A program made the position numbers and the translations under genes. DNA of 63,512 bases, the filler included, from Octopus bimaculoides (taxonomy: Eukaryota): the NCBI RefSeq assembly GCF_001194135.2. It is 5 parts of 4 records of this genome, joined end to end, with 100 filler letters (N's around TTAATTAATTAA, not from the genome) between each part and the next. Parts side by side here need not be neighbours in the genome. Positions count along the whole stretch, not along the records: positions 6,493 to 25,672 come from NC_068985.1; 4 more parts are not named here. One strand, given 5' to 3'. This document shows positions 10,466 through 24,080 of this stretch, in pieces. The notes beneath the pieces are model-generated. The model was not told where the DNA came from. It saw nothing but the letters and a program-made list of their open reading frames with translations, and searched no databases. Every line of letters begins with the position of its first letter. Position 1 is the first letter of the stretch.

Positions 10466-13400
10466 CTCTATGAAGTATATCTGGAAACATTAGACTGCAT
10501 GACTCTACGTTGCATTGGTTTGGTCACTGTTCACAAGAGGCTAATATCATCAGTATGACAATTAATAGCTTTCGATATCGACAGAACAACATATTTAATA
10601 AAAAAATTCTCTTCGAAAAAAATATATGCCTGATAGTCACCGTGCTAATTTTATCGACCATTGTACGAAGGTGTAATCTTAAATTGAATTCAACGGAACT
10701 TGAACTGCTACTGCACATTCTTGCACAAAGAGTTCTGTAGCATTAACGTAAAAGAAAACGTTATGCGCTTTTACAGTTAAGAGTATAGATGAAAACGTGG
10801 TCTTTCCAATAAATTGAAATCATAACGTAACGATATGCAAATAAACAATGCAATTCACATTGCCCACTTGTTCTACTTTTATTTTCATACTCCATTGTAT
10901 TAATATGTTTTCCATAAAATATCTTTACAATTTGTAAAACTTTACAATTCAAATCCAGAAGGTAATTTATAGACATCCTATATTTTAAGAGATGGAGAAA
11001 TTGTGGACTGACAAGCAAAATCCTCATCATACTTACTCTCTCCACATGATATATTCTTTTTTCTTTGTTTTGGTTTCCACTGATTTTTATTTGGTCTTCA
11101 CTGACGGAGGTCAATGACTGTATTTAATATTTGCAATGGTCAATCAGCACGGTTAAATCAACTTCACTATTTGATGATGCTCTTGTTTCAACGCTGTTGA
11201 AAGTAAGACGTCAAGTTAATACAAGTGTAAAGGCAGATGCCTTTCTCAGACACCGGAATAAAATGTAACTCGAAAGATTTATCAGCTGATACCAATATAC
11301 CTGTTCAAATACACAGGCTGACTGACAAATATGCACACGCGCGCTAACATATATACAGGTAGATGAAATGAAAGGATTAATGATATGAATAAATGGATGT
11401 GTGTGTCTTGAAGATGAGAAATTCTCTGGCAAGGTATGATGCGATTTTTATGAAAACGATCATATTTTAAGAGGGAGGAAATCCGACCGAAATTATGGTG
11501 TTCATCAGCATTAGGATGACTGACATAACGCAACGGAAAAACTCTACGAAATGATTAAAAAGGTCTAAATGAAATTAAATATTGATAAAACTTATCCTGA
11601 TATTTTAGAGTTTACCCGAGAATTTACCACAGGTGGTGGGTCGTTCTTCACACATTCTGTCCAAAGTTCTCATTGCAAACATTCTGATATTACATGCAAT
11701 AAATAATGTGAAGAGAACAGAAAGATGATACACAGAGCTGTTATGTGGTCAGGAGAGAACACCATGGGCTTGCTTTCCTATACTCTGGCACAAAAATCTC
11801 AGGGATTCGTTTTGTAGAGGCTCTAAAGAAAACCTTAAAACGAAAGCATCCGGAGCAGATAAATTAGGTGTTACGCATGTAGAAGCAAAATATTTTTAAA
11901 GGCTCTCTGCGTATAAATTCTATAACGACAAAATAAAAATAACATTCTGATTGAGGTAGCAGACACAATTTCGGAATGGGGAAATAAATTTACTCCAGCG
12001 AAAATAGAGGCGGAGAATCTCATCTCAGCCACAACAACTCTTTAACACGGTGTTTCAACTAAAACCAGTTATGTTTGTATTTGCATCTGTTGTGGTAATT
12101 TTATTGTTGGGTTGCTGTATTTTTATTTTATTTTTATTTTCTTTTTTAATTTTGGCTGATGCCGGTACTGTTAATACTGTTGTTACTCGATCTAACAAGA
12201 TATGTATTTGTTTACTCTGATTATTTGATCTTTTACTTGATTTAAGACCGAAATACATTCTTTAAATCTAGGATTATATCACATCCAAAGGATTACCCAG
12301 TCGTGGAGAGTCGCTCAACTCATGTGTCATTTTCAAGTGTTTCGGCTTTACTTCACATTGATATTTTTTTCTCTGTCTTGTAAAGATACTTAGGTGTAAC
12401 AAATCTAAAATAATCTGAAAGAAAATAAATGAACAAAATTTCACAGCTTACAAAGAAATAGAAAACTACATCTTAGATATCGCAGATATCGGAAACAGAC
12501 AAAAAAATAGAAATAGAATATTTTAACACAGAAAATCATTTTAACAGAACATTTTAAAATGTACAACTATGATAATATTTATCCACGTGGTATCCCAAGA
12601 ATAAATAGATATTCATAGTATTCTAGCAGAGAAAAAAAAACACAAACAAAACAAACTCTGCAAAAAACCAGTAACGGCAGCAACATCTACAACAGCCGCA
12701 CTTGAATCTGCACCCATCGTCAAATGTTAATATTACGAACTTAGGTCGGAATCTCGTATCGACCAACGATATTTTCAATAAAATGTTGCATAATATGGAA
12801 CATTTACAAGAGAGCAATAATGTTTGACGATATTTTCACGGAACCAAGTGCTTATTTAAGCACGTGTGCCACGCTTAAATAACAGGGGCCTTTTGTGTGC
12901 TTTGAAAACAGAATGTATTTACTTATCTTGCTGATATGTGGAACAAAAATCTCCAAACTCTGAAATAGCGCAACTTCAATTGAAAGTCTTGACTTGTTAT
13001 AAACTAGCAACAGTAGTTCGGACGGATTGAAAACATCCACAACAAGGGTTATCGACGATGAGGTGAATCACATCTGTCGCAATGTGGGCAGGTGACAGCA
13101 TTTGTAAAACTTTTGGTGACATAACTTTGAGATCACTAAAACTCGGGGAATTCTGCTAGAAATGATTCATTATAAAAAATATTCTCGAGCGTTCAATGTT
13201 CTATTTCAAAAACATTGGAGAAGGGCGCTACGTCTTTAGGTCGGGAATATGAGCAAGAAGCCAAGATCCATATTTCATTAGTTAAAACCAGCAGTGACTA
13301 TATGGAGACAGTGGAATGGAAATCTCGATGAAAGAGTCAGAAACAGCGAAATCCAAGAGGAAACGTAAAATAATTAATCCATCACTCACCATTTCTTTGC

Positions 13401-14995
13401 CTCATGTCGTTGCGTAGAAGAGCGCTGATGGATACTGATGGTTCATTACAAACTCTTTCGGACAAAATTTCGAAAAATGTCAATTCCTCCTCTTCCCCCT
13501 CAAAAAACAAAAAAAAAACGAAAGACAAACTAAAAAACTTCACCTAAAGAAAAGATTCACGATGTGCCTTCTGGCGACAATCTTATATTAAGGGAAGCGT
13601 TTCTTCTATAAAGAGAGGAAATTGCATTCTCACACTGAAAAGGAGCTTCCTTAATCTCCTAAGAGAAGGGGTCACGCCGTTCTTAGAATAACCAACACAT
13701 GGCAAATCCCTCGGCACGTGACTGCTTAAAAACATTAGAAAAAATATGGTACATTTTAGGGAGCCATACTCGTTTGCGGTCATCAACTGGCTGTTCAAGT
13801 TACGGTATTAAGATGGTAGAGCGGAAGAGATAAGCGATAATATAATATATCCTAACTAGTTATTCATCACTCATATGTAGAACTACTCAAAACATGCTTT
13901 ACTTTTAAATATCTGGGTTTGGCATATACTCCTTTATAAGGGTATATTCACTTTTATGCCTTAATATAATTTTTACGTAATTAATGTCCATGCATATATT
14001 CATCTTGTCTCTCCCGACAATTTGATACAGATTCCTCTTGCTTAGTGTACACGGTTCGCCTATTGCATGGATGTACAAGGTAACCGGGATTGCTGAAATC
14101 ATCGGTTAGCCCCTCCCTTCAAAAAAGTTGTGCCTATAGTAGTGTTCTCCTCCACATCATCATCGTCGTAGTCGTCGTCGTCGCCGTCTTCTTCATTGAT
14201 GTTGTCGTTTTCGACGTGGATGTTGTTGTTTTGTTAGTCACTATACAACAATCATTAACTTCATTGTTATCATTTCTGCAGTTAATTTTCTCTCTTTCTT
14301 TCTTTCTTTTTTCTTCCAGCTACTTATATATTTGTATATGTTGAATTATTTTTTTTTTCTTTTTTGAGTGAGCAAAGATAATAAGATTTTTAAAAGCTTT
14401 TTTTCTTTCTTTTTCACTCTTTAGATAATAGCATCAAATCTTTTATTATGTAAGATCTAAGCATATTGTTTCCAAGATGACTGATGTATTTTTTCTCGTT
14501 TTGTTTGTTATTTACTATTAACTTTTCTCTTGCATAGTTGCGAAACATTGTTTCGGTATGTTTTATACTACCTGATTTGTTTTTTGTATTATCATTTTAT
14601 GTTAATTACATTTATCTCTTACAATAGTGTAGCACGTATGCAATTCCCAAATAAATCGTCTTATGCAACGTTATTAAATGGTTTTCTTTTCTAGATACAT
14701 CCAATGTACGAAGCACCTTATATGTGTATATATATACACACACACACATTTCTATATCTGTAAATGGTTATATGTGTACGTGATTTTAAGCTTAATCGAA
14801 ATAGTTATGCCCGAATGCACAAGAAGTCAGGAAATTCTCTTAGCAAAACGAAAGTTTCGCGCTTCATCTAACGGCGAAAACCTGGGGGTTGCTCACTTCT
14901 ACCAAAGCCCCAGAATAGCATATTTAAAACAAATGACCATGTTTGTCACACAGCTTATCCCTGTTTGAATAAAGTTTTCATGTGTCTGACAATTA

Positions 14996-15067
14996 TTCTA
15001 CTATAGCCCCAGGCCGAACAAGGCCTTGTGAGTGGATTTGGTAGACGGAAACCCATAGAAGCCCATC

Positions 15068-15105
<38 letters not shown>

Positions 15106-15194
15106 NNNNNNNNNNNNNNNNNNNNNNNNNNNNNNNNNNNNNNNNNNNNNNNNNNNNNNNNNNNNNNNNNNNNNNNNNNNNNNNNNNNNNNNNN

Positions 15195-15233
<39 letters not shown>

Positions 15234-15426
15234 TTGTGTGCTTGTGTGTGAGTATGCTTGTATGTGTGTTTACGTCCCAGTAACTTAGCAGTTCGGCAAA
15301 AAATCCCGATAGAATAAGTACTAATCTTACAAAGAATAAGTATTGGAGTCGATTTGTTCGACTAAAGGCGGCGCTCTAGCATGGCTGCAGTGAAATGACT
15401 GAAACAAATAAAAGAGTAAAAGAATA
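14996..15426 (+). mobile_element. SINE group A, 5'-truncated
   Basis: CTACTATAGCC..GTGAGTGGATTTGGTAGACGGAAAC..tail GAAACAAATAAAAGAGTAAAAGAATA. Confidence 0.88.
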
Positions 15427-16900
15427 TCTACTTATACACACGTATATATAACTGTATTTATACCAGCTAGTGCGCAGACTCACGGCTATTTCTCTCCCTT
15501 TCGTTATCTCTCTCTTTCTCTACAAACACACTCACGCACACACATTAATAAGTACATGTATATAGCTGACGTCGTAAGAATACATAAAGACGAGTAGATA
15601 AAATATTTCTATTTTTTGAAACTGAATCTCGAAGAACATAGATACTATACGAACTTGTAAATATTGGGTTCGACTTCCTTTTGTCCAGAAAGTCTCATAG
15701 ACGGAGAATCCGACTTTTTCTATGCCAAAGGATTCCTCGACCCGAAATTTACACGATATTATTTACAGGCTTTTATATCATGTGTATGAGCGTGCTTTTA
15801 TGTGTACGAGTTTGAATGTATGTTCGCGTACCTACGTGCGTGTGTCTGTACACAACCCTTAAAAAACTGCGATACCAAAGAACATACGAAGCGCATGCTC
15901 CGTGCTACTGAGAAGGAATACGTGATTCCACACAGTATAAACAAATTTAACAATAATCCTAATAGCTCTTTCAATACAAGTGAATTTTCCAACCACCTTA
16001 TTATAAAACTCAGTACATGAACATTTTAGCACTTTCTGTGAAAATAGCGCATGCTAGTACTTCATGGCAACATACTAAAAATATCGAAATATCATGTTAT
16101 ACATATAAATATGAACTAATATTTGGTGAGAAAAATTTTCAAAAATTAATATCAATTTGCATCATATTCATATCTTAATTTCAGTCGATGCTAGTCAATT
16201 AACTAATTGTCAATCTTTCTGCATAGAGGAGGGTGGGGGCATGTATTATTACATGGAATTATTTCTACTCTTATGTAATCATTTCGGCATTTCCTGGAAA
16301 AAAGTCCAGCGTTGTATACTACACAATTTCATTCTTCTTGCTATCCCCTTCTCTCTATCCCTTTTCTCTAGTATATATATANNNNNNNNNNNNNNNNNNN
16401 NNNNNNNNNNNNNNNNNNNNNNNNNNNNNNNNNNNNNNNNNNNNNNNNNNNNNNNNNNNNNNNNNNNNNNNNNNNNNNNNNNNNNNNNNNNNNNNNNNNN
16501 NNNNNNNNNNNNNNNNNNNNNNNNNNNNNNNNNNNNNNNNNNNNNNNNNNNNNNNNNNNNNNNNNNNNNNNNNNNNNNNNNNNNNNNNNNNNNNNNNNNN
16601 NNNNNNNNNNNNNNNNNNNNNNNNNNNNNNNNNNNNNNNNNNNNNNNNNNNNNNNNNNNNNNNNNNNNNNNNNNNNNNNNNNNNNNNNNNNNNNNNNNNN
16701 NNNNNNNNNNNNNNNNNNNNNNNNNNNNNNNNNNNNNNNNNNNNNNNNNNNNNNNNNNNNNNNNNNNNNNNNNNNNNNNNNNNNNNNNNNNNNNNNNNNN
16801 NNNNNNNNNNNNNNNNNNNNNNNNNNNNNNNNNNNNNNNNNNNNNNNNNNNNNNNNNNNNNNNNNNNNNNNNNNNNNNNNNNNNNNNNNNNNNNNNNNNN

Positions 16901-16935
<35 letters not shown>

Positions 16936-17069
16936 GTGTGTGTGTATATATATATATACGTGTGTCTGCGTTGTTTGTGTGTGTGTATATGTGTGCGCGC
17001 GTGAGTTCTTTGAGGACAATTCTTTAAGATATTTAAGTTTCCTTTAAATTATTATTCTTACCTTAATTT

Positions 17070-18050
17070 TCAGATATATAATAGGAGATAAGAGGTTGAC
17101 TCACTAAATGATCATCGCCTTAAATGTGCAGCATAGTCATACAGAGATATAAGACTTCCAGAAAATTTCCTGATCCCTTGTTTCCACGCAGATGACATGG
17201 ATACAACACGAGAGTTAAATACAAGCAAAAGTGTGTAATACCATCGGAACACATAACATCGCACAAAGATTCGGGCAAATAATCAATAAAATCTGATAGT
17301 CAATAGAACCCAAGGTTGCAGAATGCACCACCAGAAGAGTTATACATGAGAACATCTGGTGCTGTCGTATGTGATGCGGAGAGGGCGGTTTATGTTGGAT
17401 ATGACAATAGATAATTGTTTTAACAGTGCAAAATGCTTGCTGAAGAAATTTAAACACCAAGAGATTGGAATAATTTTGGTTTTCTCTTATAAGAAAAATT
17501 TCGATCATAACCGAAACAGTAACCGAAGGAATGACAGATGGTTACGCTGAGAAAAGAATGAGATTCGAACGGTCATGCTTACTAAGTTGACAGCAAGTCT
17601 GATGGTTCTGGGAGTGTTGAGTAACGAAGGAGATATCATGCCACCACGTGTTCTTTTTTTTTTTGTCACAAAGCTTAGGAAGCAATGTTGCTGTCAATAC
17701 AGATGTCTGGGAAAAGTTTTGAGGCCCTGGATAGAAAGTGTACGCAGCAGAAAACCATACATATTCCCACAAGATTGTATACCGTCTCATAAGACTAGGA
17801 CAATCGACATCTGCCGTCGCTATGATCACATTCTCCCACATACATGGCCTCCTAACTCACAAAGCCTTAATACATTGGACTATTACATATGGCGATTAGT
17901 CTAGAGAGCGGTCAATCAACACTCCTATCACAAGTCCCCCATAACCAACACAACGTCAAAAATTGATAAAAATCAAATGATTTGAGCAAACTAACACTTC
18001 CGAACCCATATTGATGCAGCCATGAAAACTATTGATGCAGCTATTCAATA
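17070..18050 (+). mobile_element. Decayed mariner/maT-like transposase, copy 2 (older)
   Basis: KNFDHNRNSNRRNDRWL, LMVLGVLSNEGDIMPP, RPWIESV, QDCIPSHK, WPPNSQSLNTLDYYIW and FRTHIDAA are collinear with the copy at 5196-6392. Boundaries are approximate. Confidence 0.8.
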
Positions 18051-19929
18051 CAACTATTCTCACAACTATTTTTACGAATTTGCTTTCAAACACAGCTTTT
18101 CTCCGATGAGCTAATCTTCTTTTACGAAATTCATAGAAATAATCGTAAACAAAACCCATTTATTTCTACATGCGTAGGATTGGGAGTCTGTGCGTGTCAC
18201 TTCAAGTTTTGTAACATTGCAGTTTAACAAAAACTGTTATCAACGACATCAATGTTGTAGTAGACAATGTTGTCATTTAGATAACTTTTGCCGAGGTGAA
18301 AAAACAGAAAACGTATAGAAAAGGAAGACTAACTTTTAAAAATATTTAGAAGGTAACTGTACAACTTTGGAAAAAACAAAAAGGAGACAAATAAACAATG
18401 TGTTGTCTTGCGTGAAGAATATGTATATATGTATGGGGCTACCGAAGTATCCTTCTGTTTTCCATTATCAGCATAAATTAAGATAAATTAGGTAAGTCTT
18501 AGTGTTCGCGGACAGATTTATCATAAATCTAACCTATTGCATTAAAACACTTCATGCTCTTTTATAATTCATGATGGCTATGAGATATTTTCAGACATTT
18601 TCTATATGTATTATTACATAAATAAGTGTTTTTTTTTATTTTGCTTGTGTCTATTTTAAGGAAATAGAAAATATATTTACATGAGTAAGTAGATTACGTA
18701 CAACAGGAAACAAAGCTAGAATTTGACTGGCCATTTTTTTAAAGATTCATTTTTAAAATAGAAAATAAAAGTAATTACAAAATATAACATCGCTCGAATA
18801 TAATATTTTGAAATTTTCTATGAAATATAAAAAAAAAAAAAAACGTACCGCAGACAAAAAAAAAAAGAAAGCAACCATAAATCTTTGCGCAATTCCGGAA
18901 GAATTTACATAACAAAAATAACGGAAAACAAAAATACGACCGTTTTGATTAGCTTTCATTGAGGCATATATTTACGAATGTCTGTATACGCATAGGAAAT
19001 GATATATAAGTATAGAGACATATATTGATTTAATTCTACACTTCTGCCGAATGTTTCCGTATATATCAAATGTATAATATCTATCAATATCCAAACTTTC
19101 AACAATGACTACTAAAATGTCAGTCGACAATGAGTGGTCCTCGCATTTATCCTGAACATTATTTTTGCGTTCATTTTGTTTTTTTATATACTTCTAGCAA
19201 TTTGCGCAGGCGCATGCTATGTTAACATTCTTCGTTATATTTTACAGTTTGTGATTTTTTTTGTGTTCTATTTTCCTATTATAGGAAATCTTTGACAAAC
19301 TGAAGCAACTGAATTTTACAAAATATCCATATATTTAGTTATTTAAGTTTTTATAGAAGGAAAGATTATGTAACACACGTGTCTCTTAAATGGAGATTAT
19401 ATTTGATCCAGTATGCTGTATCATATTGTACATAATATCATTTCCAAACACAGCCGATCTTACATATTGGTTATAAGAGATGGTTAGTGAAAGTTCCAGT
19501 AATGTACTGAATTAGATTAAAATGACATTATCATAATTAATCTGGAAATGTTCGCCATAGTTCTATTTTAGATTGTCATAATTATCATCATCGATTTAAA
19601 AGAGACGATTGATTATCAGAAAAAAATACTTAGCAATAATTGTTCCAACTCTGCGAATGTTAATTTTGCTTTGCCTTCTTTAATCTGCTCCTAACATAAT
19701 TGCTAGCCTTGTACTCAAAATATAATTATTATCACTGTTCGTGTAACACAAGCTGTAGTCAATGACCATTTGAGAAATAAAAGAGTTGTTTTTCCTCAGA
19801 TACAAATATTATTTTCTTTTTACGTTGAATGCTTTTCACAATATACTCATAAAAATGTTTGCTTCAAAATATCGGCGTTTACTTTATTAGCTGAAGCACT
19901 GTTACATTACACCGTAATTTTATTTTAAG

Positions 19930-19993
19930 AAGCTAACCGTATATAATGATGTCAACAACCTGGATGACGATTTAAGAAAGAAAAGCACTGAAG
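19930..19993 (+). CDS. Candidate 64-nt exon
   Basis: Acceptor TTTTATTTTAAG (non-consensus A at -3) and donor AAG|GTAAGT. One open frame: KLTVYNDVNNLDDDLRKKSTE. Confidence 0.18.
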
Positions 19994-20369
19994 GTAAGTA
20001 AGAGGTCTGTTGAATGAGGACATCTTTTGTTGTTTGTTTACAAGAAACTGTAGAAATGGAAATTTCTCAGAATATTATTCTGAGATATTTTGAGGCTATA
20101 ACATTGCCGAAAGCAAACCTATGAACAGGAACAAACAGTAAAATAAATACAGCTATCAATAGCAAGAGCATCGTCAACAACTGCAACTGCATAGACATAA
20201 CAAGCTGTGATAATAAGAGCAACACTACCGCCACCTGTTTTAGTCGGTGTAATACCGCACAAAATATCACAAGGACCATTATATCTGAAAAGTTTACTCG
20301 ATGCCACCAACAGTATAAAATAACAACCGCAATGTGAATGTGATCTGTAGCAAAACCTCTGCATAAATA

Positions 20370-20503
20370 CAGTCACGGCCAAAAGTTTGGAACATATGAT
20401 GGAAAATTAGAATTTTTATATTAAATTCCATTAGAATCGAAATTTACTTGGGCAGAACAATTATAATTTTTTTTTAAATATTCCAAGCTTTCGGCGTCGA
20501 CTG
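20370..20503. mobile_element. Tc1-type MITE (134 bp)
   Basis: TA|CAGTCACGGCCAAAAGTTTGGAA ... TTCCAAGCTTTCGGCGTCGACTG|TA. The 23-bp TIRs match at 18/23, with TA on both sides. Confidence 0.75.
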
Positions 20504-20814
20504 TACAATCTTTATAACTGACAAACACGTTACCAGAGTAAAAAAACAAATTGCATTGAAGCCATCATTAGCCAATTCTTAGCAGAACCAAAAACTTTGC
20601 TGTCGTAACCACATCTGAATACTATCATCTCAAGTTATATAAGCACACAGTATGGCTTACGAGGGACGTACTGATCTTAATACCACATTGCTTCTTAAAA
20701 AAGGCGAAGTTCTGGTAAAAATAGAAAGTATTTATTAATTTGCGAGACCTGACTCATGCTCTCAGAAACAGGACAAGAATAAAATGAAGGACTCTAAAAT
20801 ACGGAAAGACCAAT

Positions 20815-21191
20815 GTTGTTGTTCCTTCTCGTAGCATGCCTGGCTCACAAGGGCCGGTTTCCNNNNNNNNNNNNNNNNNNNNNNNNNNNNNNNNNNNNNN
20901 NNNNNNNNNNNNNNNNNNNNNNNNNNNNNNNNNNNNNNNNNNNNNNNNNNNNNNNNNNNNNNNNNNNNNNNNNNNNNNNNNNNNNNNNNNNNNNNNNNNN
21001 NNNNNNNNNNNNNNNNNNNNNNNNNNNNNNNNNNNNNNNNNNNNNNNNNNNNNNNNNNNNNNNNCTTCTGCCGGAGCCGCGTGAAGCTTAAGTGTTTTAC
21101 TCATAAACACAAACATCACCCGGTCTAAGATTCGAACCCGCGATCCCTCGACCGCGAGTCCGCTGCTCTAACCGTTAGGCTATGTGCCTCC
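20815..21191 (-). mobile_element. SINE with a group C head and a different tail (gap inside)
   Basis: Head GGAGGCACATAGCCTAACGGTTAGAGCAGCGGACTCGCGG; tail GGAAACCGGCCCTTGTGAGCCAGGCATGCTACGAGAAGGAACAACAAC. Confidence 0.8.
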
Positions 21192-22460
21192 AGTAGAAAG
21201 CTCAATACGACTGGTTATCCTACTACAGTATACATGAAAGTTATGCAGGTACTGTGGAGTTCGATATCTCCATGCTGCTATGATACAAAAGCAGGAATTA
21301 AAGAGATATGCACACATGAAGAACCCTCCAAAATATAAAAGCCATGAAGTAATCATTCAACATTAGGTCACGTGACGTAAGTATAAAGACACTCCCTATG
21401 AATCTAATGATATAAACCCCAGTAATAAGTGGTCGAAACTCCAAATTAGATGGGCTGCGATCATCGTCCGTGAATGCATGCACATGATTCCAGTGCTCTT
21501 GCACTACGAAAGTATCAAGAGATGCAACGGAAGTCAGGATAGCCAAGTGATGCACTTGATGACACTTCCAGCAAGATGACTTTCTATGCTCAGGTAATAA
21601 ATGGGTAGAGTGTTTTGCTATGAACACCAAATCTGTGAGTAAACTGAAAGCAACTGTAACATCAGCAGTAGTTGCAGTAGAAATGGAAAGCAACATCAAG
21701 GTATTGAAAGAGACACAGAGCATTATACTGGCAATAAGATTTATAGGAGTATCCTCTCGAACAAAAATGATACAAATAGACCTGCATTCATCCTCCATAA
21801 TTAAATTCCTCCAAATGACGAAGGGAATGAAAGGAATATGTGAGCATCATGAAATATAACCAGATGGACTAAGAGGAAAACACAATGACAATCGGCACAT
21901 TATAGATAGATGAACGTAAACATAGTTTAGATGCCAAAGGAAAAACGAACAAAGCAGTAACTGTCATAAATAAGCCCATAACAATATTAAGAACAAGGAA
22001 AAACCAAAATGATAATGGGAAACGAATTTAAAAGCATATAACGAGAAACACAAACTGAAACAAATGTCATAAAAGAATACTAAATGTAACAACAAAAGCA
22101 ATATGGCATCACCAAAAGCAGCACATCAAATAATAACACTAAAAAATGAACTCCATCAACCTCTACATTGTAATATGAGGCAGCATGACATTGAAGTATG
22201 ACTGTGTGGATAGATAGCGGAAAAAGTACTGTAAGAGAGTAAAGACGTCCAAAAATTCGATGCAGTGTCAATTATTACATTCTATTGTGGTTTAGGTGAG
22301 GATAAATGCGATGAGCAGCAAATCTGGCCGTTGCTATGCGTAGGTTGCGTTGTCAGTTTTTAGATAAACTGTCTAGGTATGGCAGTAACGTCTGCCAATC
22401 ATTTCCACGCCAACTGATTGAGTCACTATGTTTTTGCAGCAATATATTTTGAACACTTTA

Positions 22461-22680
22461 AAGCTTAGAACTGACAGAATCATTAGCGCATGGGGCAAAA
22501 TGCTTGGCTGGATTTCATCCGTGTTTATGTTCTGAGTTCAATTTACGCCATGTTTAAATTTTGCCGTACATCCTTTTGAGGTCTACAAAAGATGTATCAG
22601 CTAAGTACTGGGGTCGATGCAATTGACTTAACCCCTGCCCTAAAATGTTTCGTCTTGTGTCAACATTTGAAACCAATATT
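22461..22680 (+). mobile_element. SINE group B, degenerate
   Basis: GAACTGACAGAATCATTAGC..TTCTGAGTTCAA..GTACTGGGGTCGATGCAATTGACT. Confidence 0.7.
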
Positions 22681-24080
22681 TTGAACTCGTATTATTACGT
22701 ATGGAAAATGTTTCTCGGGAACACAATGGCGGCGATGTAAACCACGACTAAAACATATTCTCGCTTGCAAGTTAGTTACTGCATTTCCCAACGAAAACTG
22801 CTGTCTATACATTGTCTACTACTGGTCTACTCCATGTTGTTAGGAACTGGCCAACAATGTGCCTTTCTGTCAAAGTTAGCACTACATTTTGTCAACCAGC
22901 AATTTTTTTATCTTTACTTGTTAATATATTCTATTGTTGTTTGCTCAGCTCTCTCCCTCGCAGAATCACACTCACACACACACACACACGCACACGCACA
23001 CATACACACACACACACATACACAGATATATTTCTGTAACACCAACCTCTGTTTTATATTTTTGCTGTGCATTGAAGAGAGAGAAAACATGTTTATTTAT
23101 TTTTCTACCTGTTTTGCCGTTATTTATATTGGCTTTCATTATTCTATACTGGATATTGTTGTAGTTCTACAGTAGATATGTTATAATAATACACTCGTTG
23201 CAATAGTCTTTATCTGTATTCATAATAATAATAGTAAATATGATTTTTTTCCGAGTCGGCTTTTTGGAGTTGTATCCTAAATACAGACATTATTTTTCTT
23301 GTTTTCCTGTCTAGTCTTGCTAAATCATTCAGCATCCAGTTATTATTATATTAGGCAATATTATACCTATAGTTTATTGCTAGAACAGCGAGTATATTGA
23401 TACATATTACTGTTTTATTTTTTACATTTCTTTCTGCTTTAAGTATTAATCTAATACGTCTATAATAATTTTGCTTTGTAACCTATTCATTCATTCATGT
23501 GTGCTTTGTTCTGTATAGTTCATTAATTCCTCAATATTTGTATGTCTGTGTTTGGCCTATTTCTCTTATCTATATTTTTTTATATAACATTATATTTATA
23601 AACATTCTTCCTTTATCTGTTGTCTTTTTTTCCTTTTCATCTCTTTTGTATATTTTACTATAGTAAATTTCATATCAATCCAACTCTATCATTTCAAAAC
23701 TTTAGCATGTAGTTTAGTATGATGTCTTCGAAGTCTTGTAGCTACATCTGGTTTAATAAGTTCAACTCTAGTCTTTTCTATATAGGAAACCTCGGGTACA
23801 CATAAAATATTTACATCACTTCCCTCCATCTCTCTCCCTTTGTCTGTCTGTCTGTCTCTTTATCTATATTTGTCTCTCTCTGCATCGGCTTCATTGTGTT
23901 GTAAATACATATAGATATGATTCATATTCTCAGGTCCCATATTCCATTAAGGAGGAAGATTTGCGGAACTCCATTACATTTAACTCCGGGTACAACAACC
24001 TTCGTACTCCAGGTGCTGAACGGGGAAGAAAATAACCCCTTTCCCCATTTGAATGTTGAATATTAGTTGTAAATTATTTT

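Noticed and set aside
10495-10560. LHWFGHCSQ as an RTE LINE motif
   Set aside because: A single short motif with no flanking homology that I could follow.
11952-11975. let-7-like start TGAGGTAG; also a miR-9-like GGTTATCTGGCT near 40543
   Set aside because: Only short matches, with no precursor hairpin.
18472-18491. 20-nt micro-exon with a good acceptor and GTAAGT donor
   Set aside because: Stop codons in all three frames; there is no support for a non-coding exon.
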